Shown piece by piece: positions 1 through 10,888 of a stretch of 64,000 bases of DNA (positions are counted from its first letter, which is position 1; the number at the start of each line of letters is the position of its first letter). Below the pieces are notes generated by a model. That model worked only from the letters and a program-made list of their open reading frames with translations. It ran no database searches and was not told the DNA's origin. The position numbers were made by a program, and so were the translations under genes. The stretch is taken from contig CAVUVW010000021.1 in the NCBI GenBank assembly GCA_963745035.1, positions 64,001-128,000 on the forward strand. The letters are read 5' to 3'. Origin of the DNA: an uncultured delta proteobacterium (lineage in GTDB: Bacteria > Desulfobacterota > Binatia > UBA9968).

Positions 1-210
1 GCAACATTCTTAGCGGTCTGATCGCTCGCAGTCAAGATGCCTTCAAAGAACTATTGGAGGAGCGGCGGCCTTCGCCTTGGGGTCGCTGCCTTTTTTAACG
101 ACGGGTCGCATCTAGGATTGCCCGCGGACGGGTTGTAGAATTGGTTAGCGATTGCCGAAGGATCAAAGGCCTTGAAACGTCTAAGTAAAAGAGTTCGAAA
201 GGAGCCAAAT

Positions 211-1197
211 ATGACCACTATGATAAGACCGATTTTGGGGATCATCGCCAGCTGCGCACTCCTCGCCGCCTCATCCGTAGGCGCGCAGAAATATCCCGAC
301 AAGGTGATTACGATCGTCGTGCCCTTCACCGCCGGCGGTCCGACCGATACTGTGGCTCGCCTGATCGCGCAACCCATGACCAAGATGCTCAAGCAGCAGG
401 TCATCATCGAGAACGTCGGCGGCGCCGGCGGCACCATCGCGGCGGCCCGGGTGGCGCGAGCGGCGCCGGACGGTTACACGCTGTTGTTGCACCACATCGG
501 TCATTCCACCGCGCCGAGTCTTTACCGCAAGCTGCCCTACAACTCGATCACCGACTTCGAGCCCATCGGCTTGATCAACGAAGTGCCCATGACCTTGGTC
601 GCGCGCAAGAGATTTTCCGCCGAAGGATCTTGAAAGAGCTAATCACTTACGTGAAGGCGAACAAGGACAAGGTCACTTACGCCAACGCCGGTATCGGCGC
701 GGCGTCGCATCTTTGCGGCATGCTGTTCATGACCGCGATGCAGACCGATCTCACCACGGTGCCGTACAAAGGAACCGCGGATGTCATGAAGGATCTGCTC
801 GGCGGCCAGGTTGACTTTAGCTGCGACCAGACGACCAACACCACCAGCCAGATCAAAGCGGACAAAGTAAAAGTGTACGGCGTGACTACCCTCAAGCGGC
901 TGGCTTCATTGCCGAAAATTCCGACTCTCGATGAAGCGGGGCTTAAGGGCTTTGAAGTGACGCGTTTGGCACGCGCTGTACGCGCCGAAAAGCACGCCCA
1001 AGCCGGTGATCGATACTTTGACTAAAGCGCTGCAGGTCGCGCTTAAGGATGAAAACGTCAAGCAGCGCTTCGCCGATCTCGGCACCGAGCCGGTGGCGGA
1101 GAAGCGCGCGACACCGGAGGCGCTGCGCGCGCATCTAAAAGCCGAGATCGATAAGTGGGCGCCGATCATCAAGAAGGCGGGCGTGTATGCCGATTAA
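211..1197 (+). CDS. tctC: Tripartite tricarboxylate transporter substrate-binding protein (Bug/TctC family), split by two apparent frameshifts
   Basis: ORFs 172..633, 630..1025 and 1006..1197 join into one Bug protein: signal peptide, YPDKVITIVVPFTAGGPTD, ENVGGAGG, VPYKG, EIDKWAPIIKKAG. Confidence 0.9.
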
Positions 1198-1217
1198 TGG
1201 CTATGTTCGCTTGAGTG

Positions 1218-1250
1218 AAAAAAGGCCGGGTATTTTCCGGCCTTTTTTTT
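1218..1250. terminator. Rho-independent terminator, bidirectional form
   Basis: AAAAAA GGCCGG-gtattt-t-CCGGCC TTTTTTTT just after the tctC stop. Confidence 0.8.
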
Positions 1251-1311
1251 GACGATTGGTTGGTGTACAAGGCGCGCTGAATCAACGTCATGCGGTCGAG
1301 AAAGCTGACAA

Positions 1312-1767
1312 ATGATTCGTAGTACAAAGGACTTCTGGAGCGGCGCGCTTTATATTTTTTTCGGGTCGATGCGCGATTATTATCGGGCGCGATTATGGCA
1401 TGGGCACGGCGCTCAAGATGGGTCCGGCTTATTTTCCGTCCCTGCTTGGCTGCTCTGCTGATCTTGGTCGGCGCCATTTCGGTGATTCGTTCGTTCTTTG
1501 TCAACGGCACGCCGATCGGGGGTTTTGCCCTCAAACCGCTTGCGTTCGTGGTCGCCTCGGTGATTTTATTCGGCGCTCATCGTTCGCGGCGCCGGCTTGG
1601 CGATCGCACTGCCGTTGCTGGCGATGATCAGCGCGCGCGCCAGCGCCCGATTCCGCTGGGCACCTAGCATCGTCATGGCCGCCGGCCTGACGATTTTTTG
1701 CATTTTGGTTTTTCTTAAAGGGCTCGGGGTTCCGTTGCCGCTTATCGGCAGCTGGTTCGGTGGCTAG
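1312..1767 (+). CDS. tctB: Tripartite tricarboxylate transporter small membrane subunit TctB, frameshifted
   Basis: MIRSTKDFWSGALYIFFG ... GTALKMGPAYFP ... PLIGSWFGG* read across frames; lies between tctC and tctA. Confidence 0.8.
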
Positions 1768-1794
1768 AAACACGCTCGGGAGCGCCATTCGGTA

Positions 1795-3295
1795 ATGGAT
1801 CTATTCGCCAATCTTGCGCTTGGATTATCGACCGCGGCTACGCCCGTCAATTTGCTCTATTGCCTGATTGGTGTGTTTCTCGGCACGGCGATCGGTGTGC
1901 TGCCCGGACTTGGGCCGACGGCGACCATCGCCATGCTGCTGCCGCTGACGTTCGCATTGCCGCCGATCTCCGCGCTCATCATGCTCGCCGGGATTTACTA
2001 CGGCTCGCAGTACGGCGGCTCGACGACTTCGATTCTCGTGAATCTTCCCGGCGAAGCGGCTTCCGTGGTCACGACCCTCGATGGCTATCAGATGGCCAAG
2101 CAGGGTCGCGCCGGTCCGGCGCTTGACGGCCTCGGCGGTGGGGTCATTTTTCGCCGGAACGGTGGCGACGTTTCTGCTCGCTGTCTTTGCGCCGCCGCTC
2201 GCCGACGCGGCGCTCAAGTTCGGGCCGGCGGATTATTTTTCGTTGATGGTGCTTGGTCTGGTGGCCTCCGTCGTGCTCGCGCAGGGATCTTTGCTGCACG
2301 CTTTCGGCATGGTCGTGCTCGGTCTTCTCTTGGGATTGATCGGCACGGACGTAACCTCCGGCGCGCAGCGCTTCACCTTCGGCATTCCGGAGCTGGCCGA
2401 CGGCATCGGCTTCGTCACCGTGGCGATGGGCATGTTCGGCTTGAGTGAAATCATCCGCAATCTGGAAACCGAGTCGGAGCGCTCTGTCGTGATCGCGAAG
2501 ATCACTAGTCTGATGCCGACCAAAGAGGATTGGAAGCGCATGATCGCACCGATTCTGCGCGGCACGGTGATCGGGTCCGCAATGGGGATTTTACCCGGCA
2601 GCGGCTCGATCCTCGGGGCTTTTGCGGCCTACTCGATCGAGAAGAAAATTTCCAAGAACCGGCACCAGTTCGGCAAGGGCGCCATCGAAGGCGTGGCCGC
2701 GCCGGAATCGGCGAACAATGCCGGCGCGCAGACCTCGTTTATTCCGATGCTGACTTTGGGGATTCCATCCAACCCCGTGATGGCGCTCATGGTCGGCGCG
2801 ATGATCATCCAGGGCATCCAGCCGGGCCCGTCGGTGATCACGGAACAGCCGAGGCTTTTCTGGGGCATCATCGCGTCGATGTGGATCGGCAATTTTATGT
2901 TGATCGTGCTCAATCTGCCGTTGATCGGCATGTGGGTGAAGATGATCACGATTCCCTATCAGTTGCTTTATCCGGCGATCCTGGTGTTCTGCGGTATCGG
3001 CGTGTTTAGTCTGAACAACAGCACCTTCGATATTTATCTGATGGCGATCTTCGGCGCGCTCGGTTACTTGTTCGTCAAACTCGGCTGCGAGCCGGCGCCG
3101 ATGCTGCTCGCCTTTATCCTCGGTCCGATGATGGAAGAGTATCTGCGCCGCGCCATGCTGCTGTCGCGCGGCGATCCGTGGGTATTCGTCCGGCGCCCGA
3201 TCAGCGCGACGTTGCTGGCTTTGGCCGTGCTCGCGATGTTATCGGTGCTGCTGCCGTCTTTCAGCAAGACGCGCGAAGAAGCGTTTAAAGAGTGA
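1795..3295 (+). CDS. tctA: Tripartite tricarboxylate transporter large permease TctA, one frameshift near 2120
   Basis: [45 protein letters not shown] motifs across ORFs 1795..2448 and 2081..3295. Confidence 0.92.
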
Positions 3296-3396
3296 GATCT
3301 CAAGCCGGCGCGCCAGCGACATGGGCAACGCGGGATTCGTCGACGACCATGAGGATACTGAATTGTATCGCTTGTGCCGATCCGGTTGCGGGAGTT

Positions 3397-4463
3397 TTAC
3401 AGTGCGGGGCGATAAAAATTCAGAGCATTGCCGACCGAGGACTGCTTCTTATCTTCTTCGGTGAGATCATCGCGGCCAAGCAGTTCATCGATTTCGTGGC
3501 GGCATTTGGCGGCGTCGAACACTTCATGAGGAAAGTCGCTGCCGAAAAGAAAGACTGACGGCCGCCTTTTGCCACCGCGGTATTGAGTCCATCGTCATCG
3601 CAGTCAAAACCCGCGAAGATCCGCCCCGCGCGAGTTGCTTTTTGAAATATTCGCTCGCCTTCTCGCCCGCTTGGGGCCCGCCGATTAGCTCGCCATCGCA
3701 GGTCGAGTTGCATATGGCCGTCATGATAGGAGCGATCCAGACGATCCATCATGAACGGTACCCATGTGGCGCCGCCTTCGAGAAAGGCGACGCGAAGTTG
3801 GGGAAAGCGATCGAAAACTCCGTGTGCGAGCATGCCCGCGCATTGGATCATCAGGCTGAACGGATGGCCAAGCGCATGCGCCGGATAGTAGGTCGTGAAG
3901 GAATCCAATCCCATATGATGCAAGCTGCCGACGTGAACGGCGAGAGCACAGCCGAGCTTCGCGGCTTCTTCGTAGAGCGGCCAGTAGATTTTGTTTCCCC
4001 AATGGCCCTGAATGGCTTCGCCGTTCGACGGCAGCATGCCGCCGAGCATGCCAAGCTCTCTAATCGCGCGGCGCAGCTCGATCACTGCGGCGTCAATGTC
4101 TTGAAAGGGAATAAGCGCGACGCCTTTCAGGCGGGCGTTGCTGCCGACAAACTTATCGTGCAGCCAATTGTTATAGGCTTGGCACGCGATTACTGCCCAG
4201 TCGGGCGCCATGATTCTGCCCACCGCGAGGCCGGCCGTCGGATAGAGCACCGTCCAAGCTATCCCAGTCTCATCGAGAAAGCGGTTCCACTCCTCTGGCG
4301 ACGGATTGCCGGTAGCGCGCCGATGTTGCTTCAAGTAGCGAAAATGCAGATGATCAAACTCCGGGAAGAGCCGGGCCATCTGATTGCCCTTCGGCATGTA
4401 GCGTGCGATCTCGTCACCGCATGCGTGATCGTTGATATGTCCGTCCGCGTCGATAATTTCCAC
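3397..4463 (-). CDS. Amidohydrolase_2 family metal-dependent hydrolase/decarboxylase, frameshifts in the 3' part
   Basis: GTG start VEIIDADGH, VLYPT, AYNNWL, AVH, FDRFPQLRVAFLEGGATW; C-terminus GNALNFYRPAL* in a shifted frame. Confidence 0.8.
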
Positions 4464-4635
4464 AGCCGTTGCCCTCCAAAATTCATAGAGATTCTTTTCG
4501 GTCGCGGGCTTTCTCGAGTGGTAATACAGCAGGGCGGCGCGCGTCAACAAGGATATCCTACGAAAGATCGCTCGAGGAAGGAAGAGGAGGAAAGACGCGT
4601 ATCGCCTACAAGGCGCGGATGCCAACCGCCGCATA

Positions 4636-4673
4636 AACGAAAACGGCTCGCCGGCGTTATATCGGCGAGCCGT
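4636..4673 (-). terminator. Rho-independent terminator on the minus strand
   Basis: Minus strand ACGGCTCGCCG-atataacgc-CGGCGAGCCGT followed by TTTCGTTT. Confidence 0.75.
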
Positions 4674-4766
4674 GGTCTAAAAGGTCATCCGTCTTATCGG
4701 CTTGCCACCCCTCGGTTCACGACATGGCGATGTGTCCGGAATATGCCGAAATGCTTCTGACGGCTG
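4636..4766 (-). ncRNA. Candidate sigma54-dependent small RNA, ~130 nt
   Basis: Lies between the sigma54 motif and an intrinsic terminator; no ORF of meaningful length; no family recognised. Confidence 0.3.
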
Positions 4767-4776
4767 GTCCTGCCGA

Positions 4777-4792
4777 AGCAGCAAACGTGCCA
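4777..4792 (-). promoter_or_regulatory. Sigma54 -24/-12 promoter with no downstream ORF
   Basis: Minus strand TGGCACG-TTTG-CTGCT; GG and GC correctly spaced. Confidence 0.5.
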
Positions 4793-4839
4793 GCACGGCT
4801 TGAGTGAGGTGACCCGATGATCAAGAACTGGCGTAGCAT

Positions 4840-5184
4840 TCAGCTCCCATAGTCTCTTTTAACCTGCTCGGGGCTTATGAACCAGGTCCCCGTGCAACTG
4901 CGCCGTGCGGTTTCACCAATCTCTTTCCCATTGGTGCCGCCGTCATAGTGGCCGGGCACCCCGAGAGTTGTCGTGTAAAAAACCGCTGCGCCGACCTGGG
5001 TTCCGGCGCATGTCGCTAGTTTAACGGGCACGTGGAGTATCGAAAGCAGCACGCTACCCAAGACAAATACGCCGTTGTCCTCTTGCGCAGAAGATTGTGC
5101 CCGCACGGCCGTCGGCGCGGCCAAAATAACCATTGCCAGGATGATTGCCGAGATTCCCGAAACCAGTCGATGGCTCATTTTCAT
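4840..5184 (-). CDS. Small exported or membrane hypothetical protein
   Basis: 114 aa ORF, RBS AAAGGA, signal peptide ending AVRA, a hydrophobic segment and two Cys. Confidence 0.65.
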   Translation of the reverse strand: MKMSHRLVSGISAIILAMVILAAPTAVRAQSSAQEDNGVFVLGSVLLSILHVPVKLATCAGTQVGAAVFYTTTLGVPGHYDGGTNGKEIGETARRSCTGTWFISPEQVKRDYGS

Positions 5185-5398
5185 ATCCTTTCTTGAATCA
5201 TTCTGTTAGTCGAGCGCTATTTGGATGGGGAACGACTATTAAGTCAAGGCTACCATTTCCTGGGTCATGGTTTACTGGGCGTAAGATCTGCCACGTTGTG
5301 AAAGATGACGGTTCGGCGATTGGTTGTTGATTCCGAACATTGGCAAGAATTGCCGACATGAATGTGCACATCTGCTTAGCGCTGCCCTGCCTATTCGC

Positions 5399-6754
5399 CT
5401 ATGCGCTAGAATTGCCACTGTGAACCAGCGGGGCAAGCTCTTCAGCTGGGGTTTGACCGATGACGAGCGCGGGTTTGCCCACGGCAGGCAAGGGTCGCAG
5501 CAGAAACTTTGTCATCGCATCGGCGGGTATGGGCCGGCAAAAGTAGTATCCCTGACCTTCGTCGCACTGAAATGCGGTGAGCATCTTTCTCGCGGTGGCC
5601 GTTTCGACTCCCTCCGCGACTACTTTCAAATCGAGATTGTGGCCGAGATCGATGATCGACTTTACGATTACCGAGCTGTCCCGATCGGTCTCAATATTTT
5701 GCACAAACGATTTGTCAATTTTTATGCACGAGACGGGGAGTTTCGTAAGATACGCGAAGGATGAGTATCCAGTGCCGAAATCGTCGATAGCGAAGCGCAC
5801 ACCAAGTTGACGAATCTGATTGAGCGTGCGAATGACCCGCTGCGGGTCGCTCATGATGCTCGTCTCAGTGATTTCCAGTTCCAGGTTTTTCGGCGACACT
5901 CCTGTATCTCGCAATAGCGCTTCGATCTGTTCAGGAAGCTCCTGGGCTTCGAGGTTCCACATCGTCAGGTTGACCGCGACGGCGACGTTCAATCCCATGT
6001 TGTTCCATTGCCGGCATTGCAGCAGCGCCTGTTGAAGAACCCAAAGGGTCAATGGGATGATCAAACCTGTGCGTTCGGCAATCGGGATGAACTGGTCCGG
6101 TACGATGATGCCGTGCTCGGGATGCTGCCAACGAAGCAAGACCTCAAGGCCGGTGATGGGTCCTTTTGAAAGATGCACCTTCGGTTGGAAGGTGAGGAAC
6201 AATTGATCCGTAATAATCGCGTGGCGGAGCTCGCTCATCCATTGCCGTCCGCTGAAAAGACTACGCGAGCGGGCGGAGTACACTGAGTGGGGCTTCTTGT
6301 TCCCCAGGGTTGCGGCGAGCTCAACTTCCGCATGTTCTATCAAGCTTTCGGCGCTGTCGCCGTTTTCCGGAAACAGGGCGCTGCCGATCCGTGGCTCAAG
6401 GGCTATAGGCGCATCGTTGATCTGCACGGGCTCGTCCAGCCTGGTCAATAAACGATTGATTACCAAATCCAGGTCCTGCGGGCCCTGCACGGACTGCAGG
6501 AGTACGGCCAAATGGCCGTTGTCTAGGCGAGCGACTGAATCTGACTCGCGTAGGCCACCTTTAAGGCGCATCAGGATACTATTGTGAAATGCCGGCAAGT
6601 CTTTTTCGGCGAGGCGCGAGCTGTTCATCGAGCTTTCAAAGGAAAAAATCAATACTGCTACTTGTGGCAGGTTGTTCTTGGCTGAGCGAATGGCTTGACG
6701 CACCCGCACTTCGAATTCCGAATTGCTGGCACCCGGCACAGGATTATTTTCCAT
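5399..6754 (-). CDS. Degenerate GGDEF plus EAL c-di-GMP phosphodiesterase
   Basis: ARLDNGHL in place of GGDEF; EVLLRW, LEITE, DDFGTGYSS, KIDKSF, VAEGVE, QGYYF intact. Confidence 0.92.
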   Translation of the reverse strand: MENNPVPGASNSEFEVRVRQAIRSAKNNLPQVAVLIFSFESSMNSSRLAEKDLPAFHNSILMRLKGGLRESDSVARLDNGHLAVLLQSVQGPQDLDLVINRLLTRLDEPVQINDAPIALEPRIGSALFPENGDSAESLIEHAEVELAATLGNKKPHSVYSARSRSLFSGRQWMSELRHAIITDQLFLTFQPKVHLSKGPITGLEVLLRWQHPEHGIIVPDQFIPIAERTGLIIPLTLWVLQQALLQCRQWNNMGLNVAVAVNLTMWNLEAQELPEQIEALLRDTGVSPKNLELEITETSIMSDPQRVIRTLNQIRQLGVRFAIDDFGTGYSSFAYLTKLPVSCIKIDKSFVQNIETDRDSSVIVKSIIDLGHNLDLKVVAEGVETATARKMLTAFQCDEGQGYYFCRPIPADAMTKFLLRPLPAVGKPALVIGQTPAEELAPLVHSGNSSA

Positions 6755-6860
6755 CTTTGGCTCGTTGGAAGCCGGCGTAAAGATCGCGGTATTATCGCAA
6801 ATTTGGGTTCAGGAGCAGGCGCAGGTTACGCCGGGACTCTGATCCCTCGATGCGGAAGCG

Positions 6861-6876
6861 AGCAATGGCTATGCCA
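6861..6876 (-). promoter_or_regulatory. Sigma54 promoter of the EAL gene
   Basis: Minus strand TGGCATA-GCCA-TTGCT, about 105 bp upstream of the ATG. Confidence 0.65.
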
Positions 6877-7114
6877 TCGATCAAAGTAGCGCTTGCGGGT
6901 ACTTAGTGCTCTCGGTAGCACCTCTGTGGAGGCATTGAAGGGCGAAAACGACAAAGCACGACGACAGATTTGTCTGGGAGACGATACTTGTTTCCGGTAT
7001 TCGCCCCATGAGCCTAACGTTTCCTCGCGGACTATATTATTTTATATGTGGGGCACACGGCCGTATCTTCCATTATGCAGAAAGTAACGGCAAGGGAATC
7101 GGCGTCCGAAGATG

Positions 7115-8689
7115 TCATCTTTTCGCCAAGGAGACGAGCGGGTACTTTTCCAGAAGCGGGGCATGCGCAGGAATCTTCTTTAGAAAAATCGTTGCGACGC
7201 GGTCCGAATAGATCGCCTGCCAGTCCCTTTGTTCTTGCAGCGCGGCGCTCAGCGGCGATTCGGTATCGAACAATACCCAAGTAATATTGTACTTTTCGAA
7301 AACGTCTTTCCAGCCTGGCAGGGCGTTGGCAGCGCGAAGATAGGGGCTGCCAAATTTTTCACCGTACATATCGGAGCGTCCGTCCATGAAAACGCGATAC
7401 GTTGGCCAAGCGGCGAAAATCAAATAATCGCCAAATTCATCGTTGTTGAACATGTTTCCAGTGATCTGTTCTTTCTTCAAAAATTCTACGGCCGCCACCG
7501 GGAATTTTTTGTCGCTGAAGCGGTAGTCCATGGCACCCGCGACCCATAGACAGAGAATTAATGACATGCCAGCGATGGGCCAAAAGTAGCCTCTTACGCT
7601 GCCGTCGATGCTCCTCAAGTTCTCGGTGCGTTTTCGATAGGCCCGCAGGAAGCGAGCCTCAGCTTGATTCAAGATGCTTTCCAGATTTTTCAGCAGTATC
7701 GGAGCGACAATAATCGCAAAGAGTGAAACATGGCGCGCCGAGTAAAGCGCCATGTAGGAAAGCAACAACACCAACGTGGTTTCGATAAGATCGAGAGCGG
7801 AGCGTGATAATGCGAGAGATCCGATCGTGGCAAGCAACATGTATTTGAACGGCAGTGGCTCATGAAAATTTGGCGATAAAAACTCGATGACTCGATCAAC
7901 AATAAAGCGGTCGGAGGTGATTCGAATGGGAAACCAAAGAATTTCTATCCCGTATGGATTCATCAGGCAGGCTACGAGGGCCGCACCTAACACCAACGAG
8001 AGTGTTCTGATCTTACGGATATGCTCTTGAGCCTTCACGCCGCGGCTGGTGAGCGCGTAGAAAACGTTCCCGCCCAAATAAATCGCCAATAGAATGAGCC
8101 CCATGAAGAAACCGCCGTGGAGATTGACCCAGAGAAGCATGAGAAACGGCAAGCAGGTCAGCCTGGTTTCATTTTTACGCTGAAATCGGTCGAGCAAATG
8201 GCACCAAATGACAACAAACAGCAACGAAAAAACGTGAGGGCGAGCCAACCAATGGATCGACGAAGAAACGGTCGCGATCAAAGTAACTATTAAGCAAAGA
8301 AAAACATCGTTGGATCTTTGCCGCAGCGACTGATAAAGGAACCAGTGAGTTAGGGCGAGTAGAAAAGCAAAGAAAAGGACGACTCCGGTCAATCCAAACA
8401 CCTTAAAACAAGCCGCCATGATCACTTCCGATAGCCATTCGTGTGCTGTCCACTTAAGCGGCGGATGGTGGAGTGAGTAGGGGTCCTGAGTTGGGACTTG
8501 CCAAGTCTTTAAAATGATTTCTCCGGTTCGGATGTGATAGCCGGTATCGCCGTCGCCCAGCAAACCCTCCGCGGCGTTGAGTCCAAGAACAAAGAGTAGC
8601 GAGACAAAAACTATGTTGCCGATGGACGGCAGCAGGACGGCCGAAACGCGGCTAGCATTGCGTGAGGCGGTGGGAGCGTCCGTTATCAT
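7115..8689 (-). CDS. Polytopic membrane protein, probable GT-C-fold glycosyltransferase
   Basis: Many TM segments; first-loop DGDTGYHIRTGE, W-x-x-HEWL, WVNLHGGF, C-terminal soluble domain with VFMDGRSDMYG. Confidence 0.6.
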   Translation of the reverse strand: MITDAPTASRNASRVSAVLLPSIGNIVFVSLLFVLGLNAAEGLLGDGDTGYHIRTGEIILKTWQVPTQDPYSLHHPPLKWTAHEWLSEVIMAACFKVFGLTGVVLFFAFLLALTHWFLYQSLRQRSNDVFLCLIVTLIATVSSSIHWLARPHVFSLLFVVIWCHLLDRFQRKNETRLTCLPFLMLLWVNLHGGFFMGLILLAIYLGGNVFYALTSRGVKAQEHIRKIRTLSLVLGAALVACLMNPYGIEILWFPIRITSDRFIVDRVIEFLSPNFHEPLPFKYMLLATIGSLALSRSALDLIETTLVLLLSYMALYSARHVSLFAIIVAPILLKNLESILNQAEARFLRAYRKRTENLRSIDGSVRGYFWPIAGMSLILCLWVAGAMDYRFSDKKFPVAAVEFLKKEQITGNMFNNDEFGDYLIFAAWPTYRVFMDGRSDMYGEKFGSPYLRAANALPGWKDVFEKYNITWVLFDTESPLSAALQEQRDWQAIYSDRVATIFLKKIPAHAPLLEKYPLVSLAKR

Positions 8690-8762
8690 TGATCATGAAA
8701 GTTTCAGCCGAACTCGGCATAGCTAGGGCGCTTTCGCGCCGTGACAGGAACGAAATCGTGTA

Positions 8763-9929
8763 TTACGCGGCCTTTTGTTGCCGTGCCTCTGGCTGTGAGG
8801 GCATTGTTCGCTGTGTAGCGGTGTTGACGCGCAACCAAGTCCACCAGTGCAGCCAACGAGCACGCGACTTCGGGTTCTCGTAATAGCGCGGCAGGACGAT
8901 GCGAAAGGTAGAGCCCTTGCCCAGCTCGCTTTGTACACTGATCGTGCCACCGATCTGTTCCAGGTGCTTCTTGACGATACTAAGACCCAGGCCGATGCCG
9001 CCGCGCGAGTTTTCAGTGGAAGTTTTGTGCACCTGCATGAACGGCTCGAAAATGCTCGCCAGATGGTTTTCCGAAATGCCCATGCCGCTGTCTTCGACCT
9101 CGATCATGATTGCCTTGTTGGAAAATTTTCCCGTGCGCACGCACACAGATCCGCGGTCGGTATACTTCACCGCGTTCTGCAACAGATTGCTGATTACTTC
9201 CTTCAAACGGCTGGCGTCGCTATGAACGAGAATGGACTCCCTGTGAATCTCCCATCGGAGGTCGAGGCCTTTTTGCCGGCAAAGAAATTCAAATGTATCC
9301 TTCAAGTCAGCCAGAACCTTTGCCAAATTCAGATCTTCAACCCTGATGGGCTGTTTGCCCGCCTCCAAACGCGAATAAATGAGGATTTGGTCGATCATAT
9401 TCTTCAGGTGGGTGGATTGCTTAGCGACTACTTGAAGAATTTCCAGGTGTTTCGTTTCAATTTCGCCGTAAAGCCCGTCGGTGATGCATTCAATGTACCC
9501 AATGATGACGGCCAGCGGGGTGCGGAGCTCGTGAGAAACCTGATTTAAAAATTCCGATTTTAGTTTCGCAAGATTCTCGGCCTTTTCCTTCTCCTGCTTT
9601 AGAAGCTCGAGCTGCGCGTCGGTTTTGCTTTTGGAAGACGAGGCACTGCCGATCGCCAATCCCATCATCAAGATCCCGAATCCCGCGATTGCGCCGTAAA
9701 CAAAGAGCTCCTTGTTTTTCGCTATGGAATCACGCAGGGAATCAAGGCGTTCGGCAATTTGTTCTTCGGTGCGTGAGGACTTCTTTGCCGGTTGCGAAGA
9801 ACTCGGCTGAGCAGCTTGGAGTGCTGATCTCCAGACAGCGTGACTCTTGATCGGAAATGCGAAGATCCCAGAGGCTAGCGCCATGCAGACGAAAGCCGCG
9901 ATTATTACATATCGCTTCGGGATCTCCAT
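8763..9929 (-). CDS. Membrane-anchored sensor histidine kinase
   Basis: H-box FLNQVSHELRTPL, N-box NLLQNAVKYT, DSGMG, GIGLGL; start overlaps the stop of the upstream DGC (TGATG). Confidence 0.93.
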   Translation of the reverse strand: MEIPKRYVIIAAFVCMALASGIFAFPIKSHAVWRSALQAAQPSSSQPAKKSSRTEEQIAERLDSLRDSIAKNKELFVYGAIAGFGILMMGLAIGSASSSKSKTDAQLELLKQEKEKAENLAKLKSEFLNQVSHELRTPLAVIIGYIECITDGLYGEIETKHLEILQVVAKQSTHLKNMIDQILIYSRLEAGKQPIRVEDLNLAKVLADLKDTFEFLCRQKGLDLRWEIHRESILVHSDASRLKEVISNLLQNAVKYTDRGSVCVRTGKFSNKAIMIEVEDSGMGISENHLASIFEPFMQVHKTSTENSRGGIGLGLSIVKKHLEQIGGTISVQSELGKGSTFRIVLPRYYENPKSRARWLHWWTWLRVNTATQRTMPSQPEARQQKAA

Positions 9930-10888
9930 CAGTGGGGCGCGGATGGTGGCTGCGATGCGCTAGTTTTTTTTTCCGGTTGCCAAATCTCAATCCGATCCTT
10001 GCCGGAGTTTTTCGCTAGATACAGCGCTCTGTCGGCATCGTCGACCAGTTCTCGCCAATCGGAGTAGAAACGGACCGATGTGGAGCTCACGCCGACGCTT
10101 ACTGTGAGGGCGAAAGGTCGGACTATCGTGCCAAACGAACACATCCGAACCGATTCGTGGATCTTGCTTGCAACCTGTAAAGCGTTGTCTTGGTCTGTCT
10201 CGGGCAAAATCAGAACGAATTCTTCGCCCCCATAGCGAGAGGGGAAATCGCTTTGGCGAGTTTTCTCGCGCAAAGTTTCGGATATTTTGACGAGAGCCGC
10301 ATCGCCGCCGTGATGGCCATAGGTGTCATTGATCATCTTGAAATTGTCAATGTCTAAAATCAGCACCGATAACGGGTTGTGGTAGCGCTTGGAGCGTTCG
10401 AACTCTTCGTTGATCTTTTTCTCAAAAGCGCGTCTATTGAAAAGTCCGGTGAGTGAATCTACTTGAGTTTGGTATTCAAGGTGCTGCTGGTATTGAACAA
10501 CGCGAGAACCTACTCGAATTCGCGCCAGTAGTTCGGAAAAGGAAAATGGCTTTGTGATATAGTCATCGGCGCCTAAATCCAGACCTCGTACACGGTCGCC
10601 TTCCTGTATTCTTGCCGTAATGAGAATCAAATAGATGCTCTTCAAAGCTGAATTGCTACGCACGCGCTTGATCAGTTCGAATCCGTCCATCTTCGGCATC
10701 ATGATATCCGAGAGCGCGATCTGAACGTTTTCCTTCTCGAGCTTCTCTAGCGCTTCCATGCCATTGGCGGCCGTAATGACGCGATATCCCTCGCGTTGCA
10801 ACACGATCGCCAATAAATCCCGCTGATCGGGGTGATCTTCGATGACGAGAACCGTCAGCGAGGTGCTATCCCTGTGCTCGTTGCTCAT
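9929..10888 (-). CDS. Response regulator diguanylate cyclase (REC-GGDEF, WspR/PleD-like)
   Basis: REC domain (IEDHPD, SDIMMP, DYITKPF) plus DSLTGLFNRR, RxxD I-site (RQSD) and YGGEEF. Confidence 0.95.
   Translation of the reverse strand: MSNEHRDSTSLTVLVIEDHPDQRDLLAIVLQREGYRVITAANGMEALEKLEKENVQIALSDIMMPKMDGFELIKRVRSNSALKSIYLILITARIQEGDRVRGLDLGADDYITKPFSFSELLARIRVGSRVVQYQQHLEYQTQVDSLTGLFNRRAFEKKINEEFERSKRYHNPLSVLILDIDNFKMINDTYGHHGGDAALVKISETLREKTRQSDFPSRYGGEEFVLILPETDQDNALQVASKIHESVRMCSFGTIVRPFALTVSVGVSSTSVRFYSDWRELVDDADRALYLAKNSGKDRIEIWQPEKKTSASQPPSAPH

Noticed and set aside
5279-5293. Additional sigma54-like motifs (TGGCAGATCTTACGC here, AGGTACAAGTTTTGC at 10982-10996)
   Set aside because: Spacing is right but one half-site is poor in each; too weak without conservation data
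6760-7110. c-di-GMP riboswitch upstream of the EAL gene
   Set aside because: No recognisable class I or class II consensus; the sigma54 motif and candidate UAS explain the region
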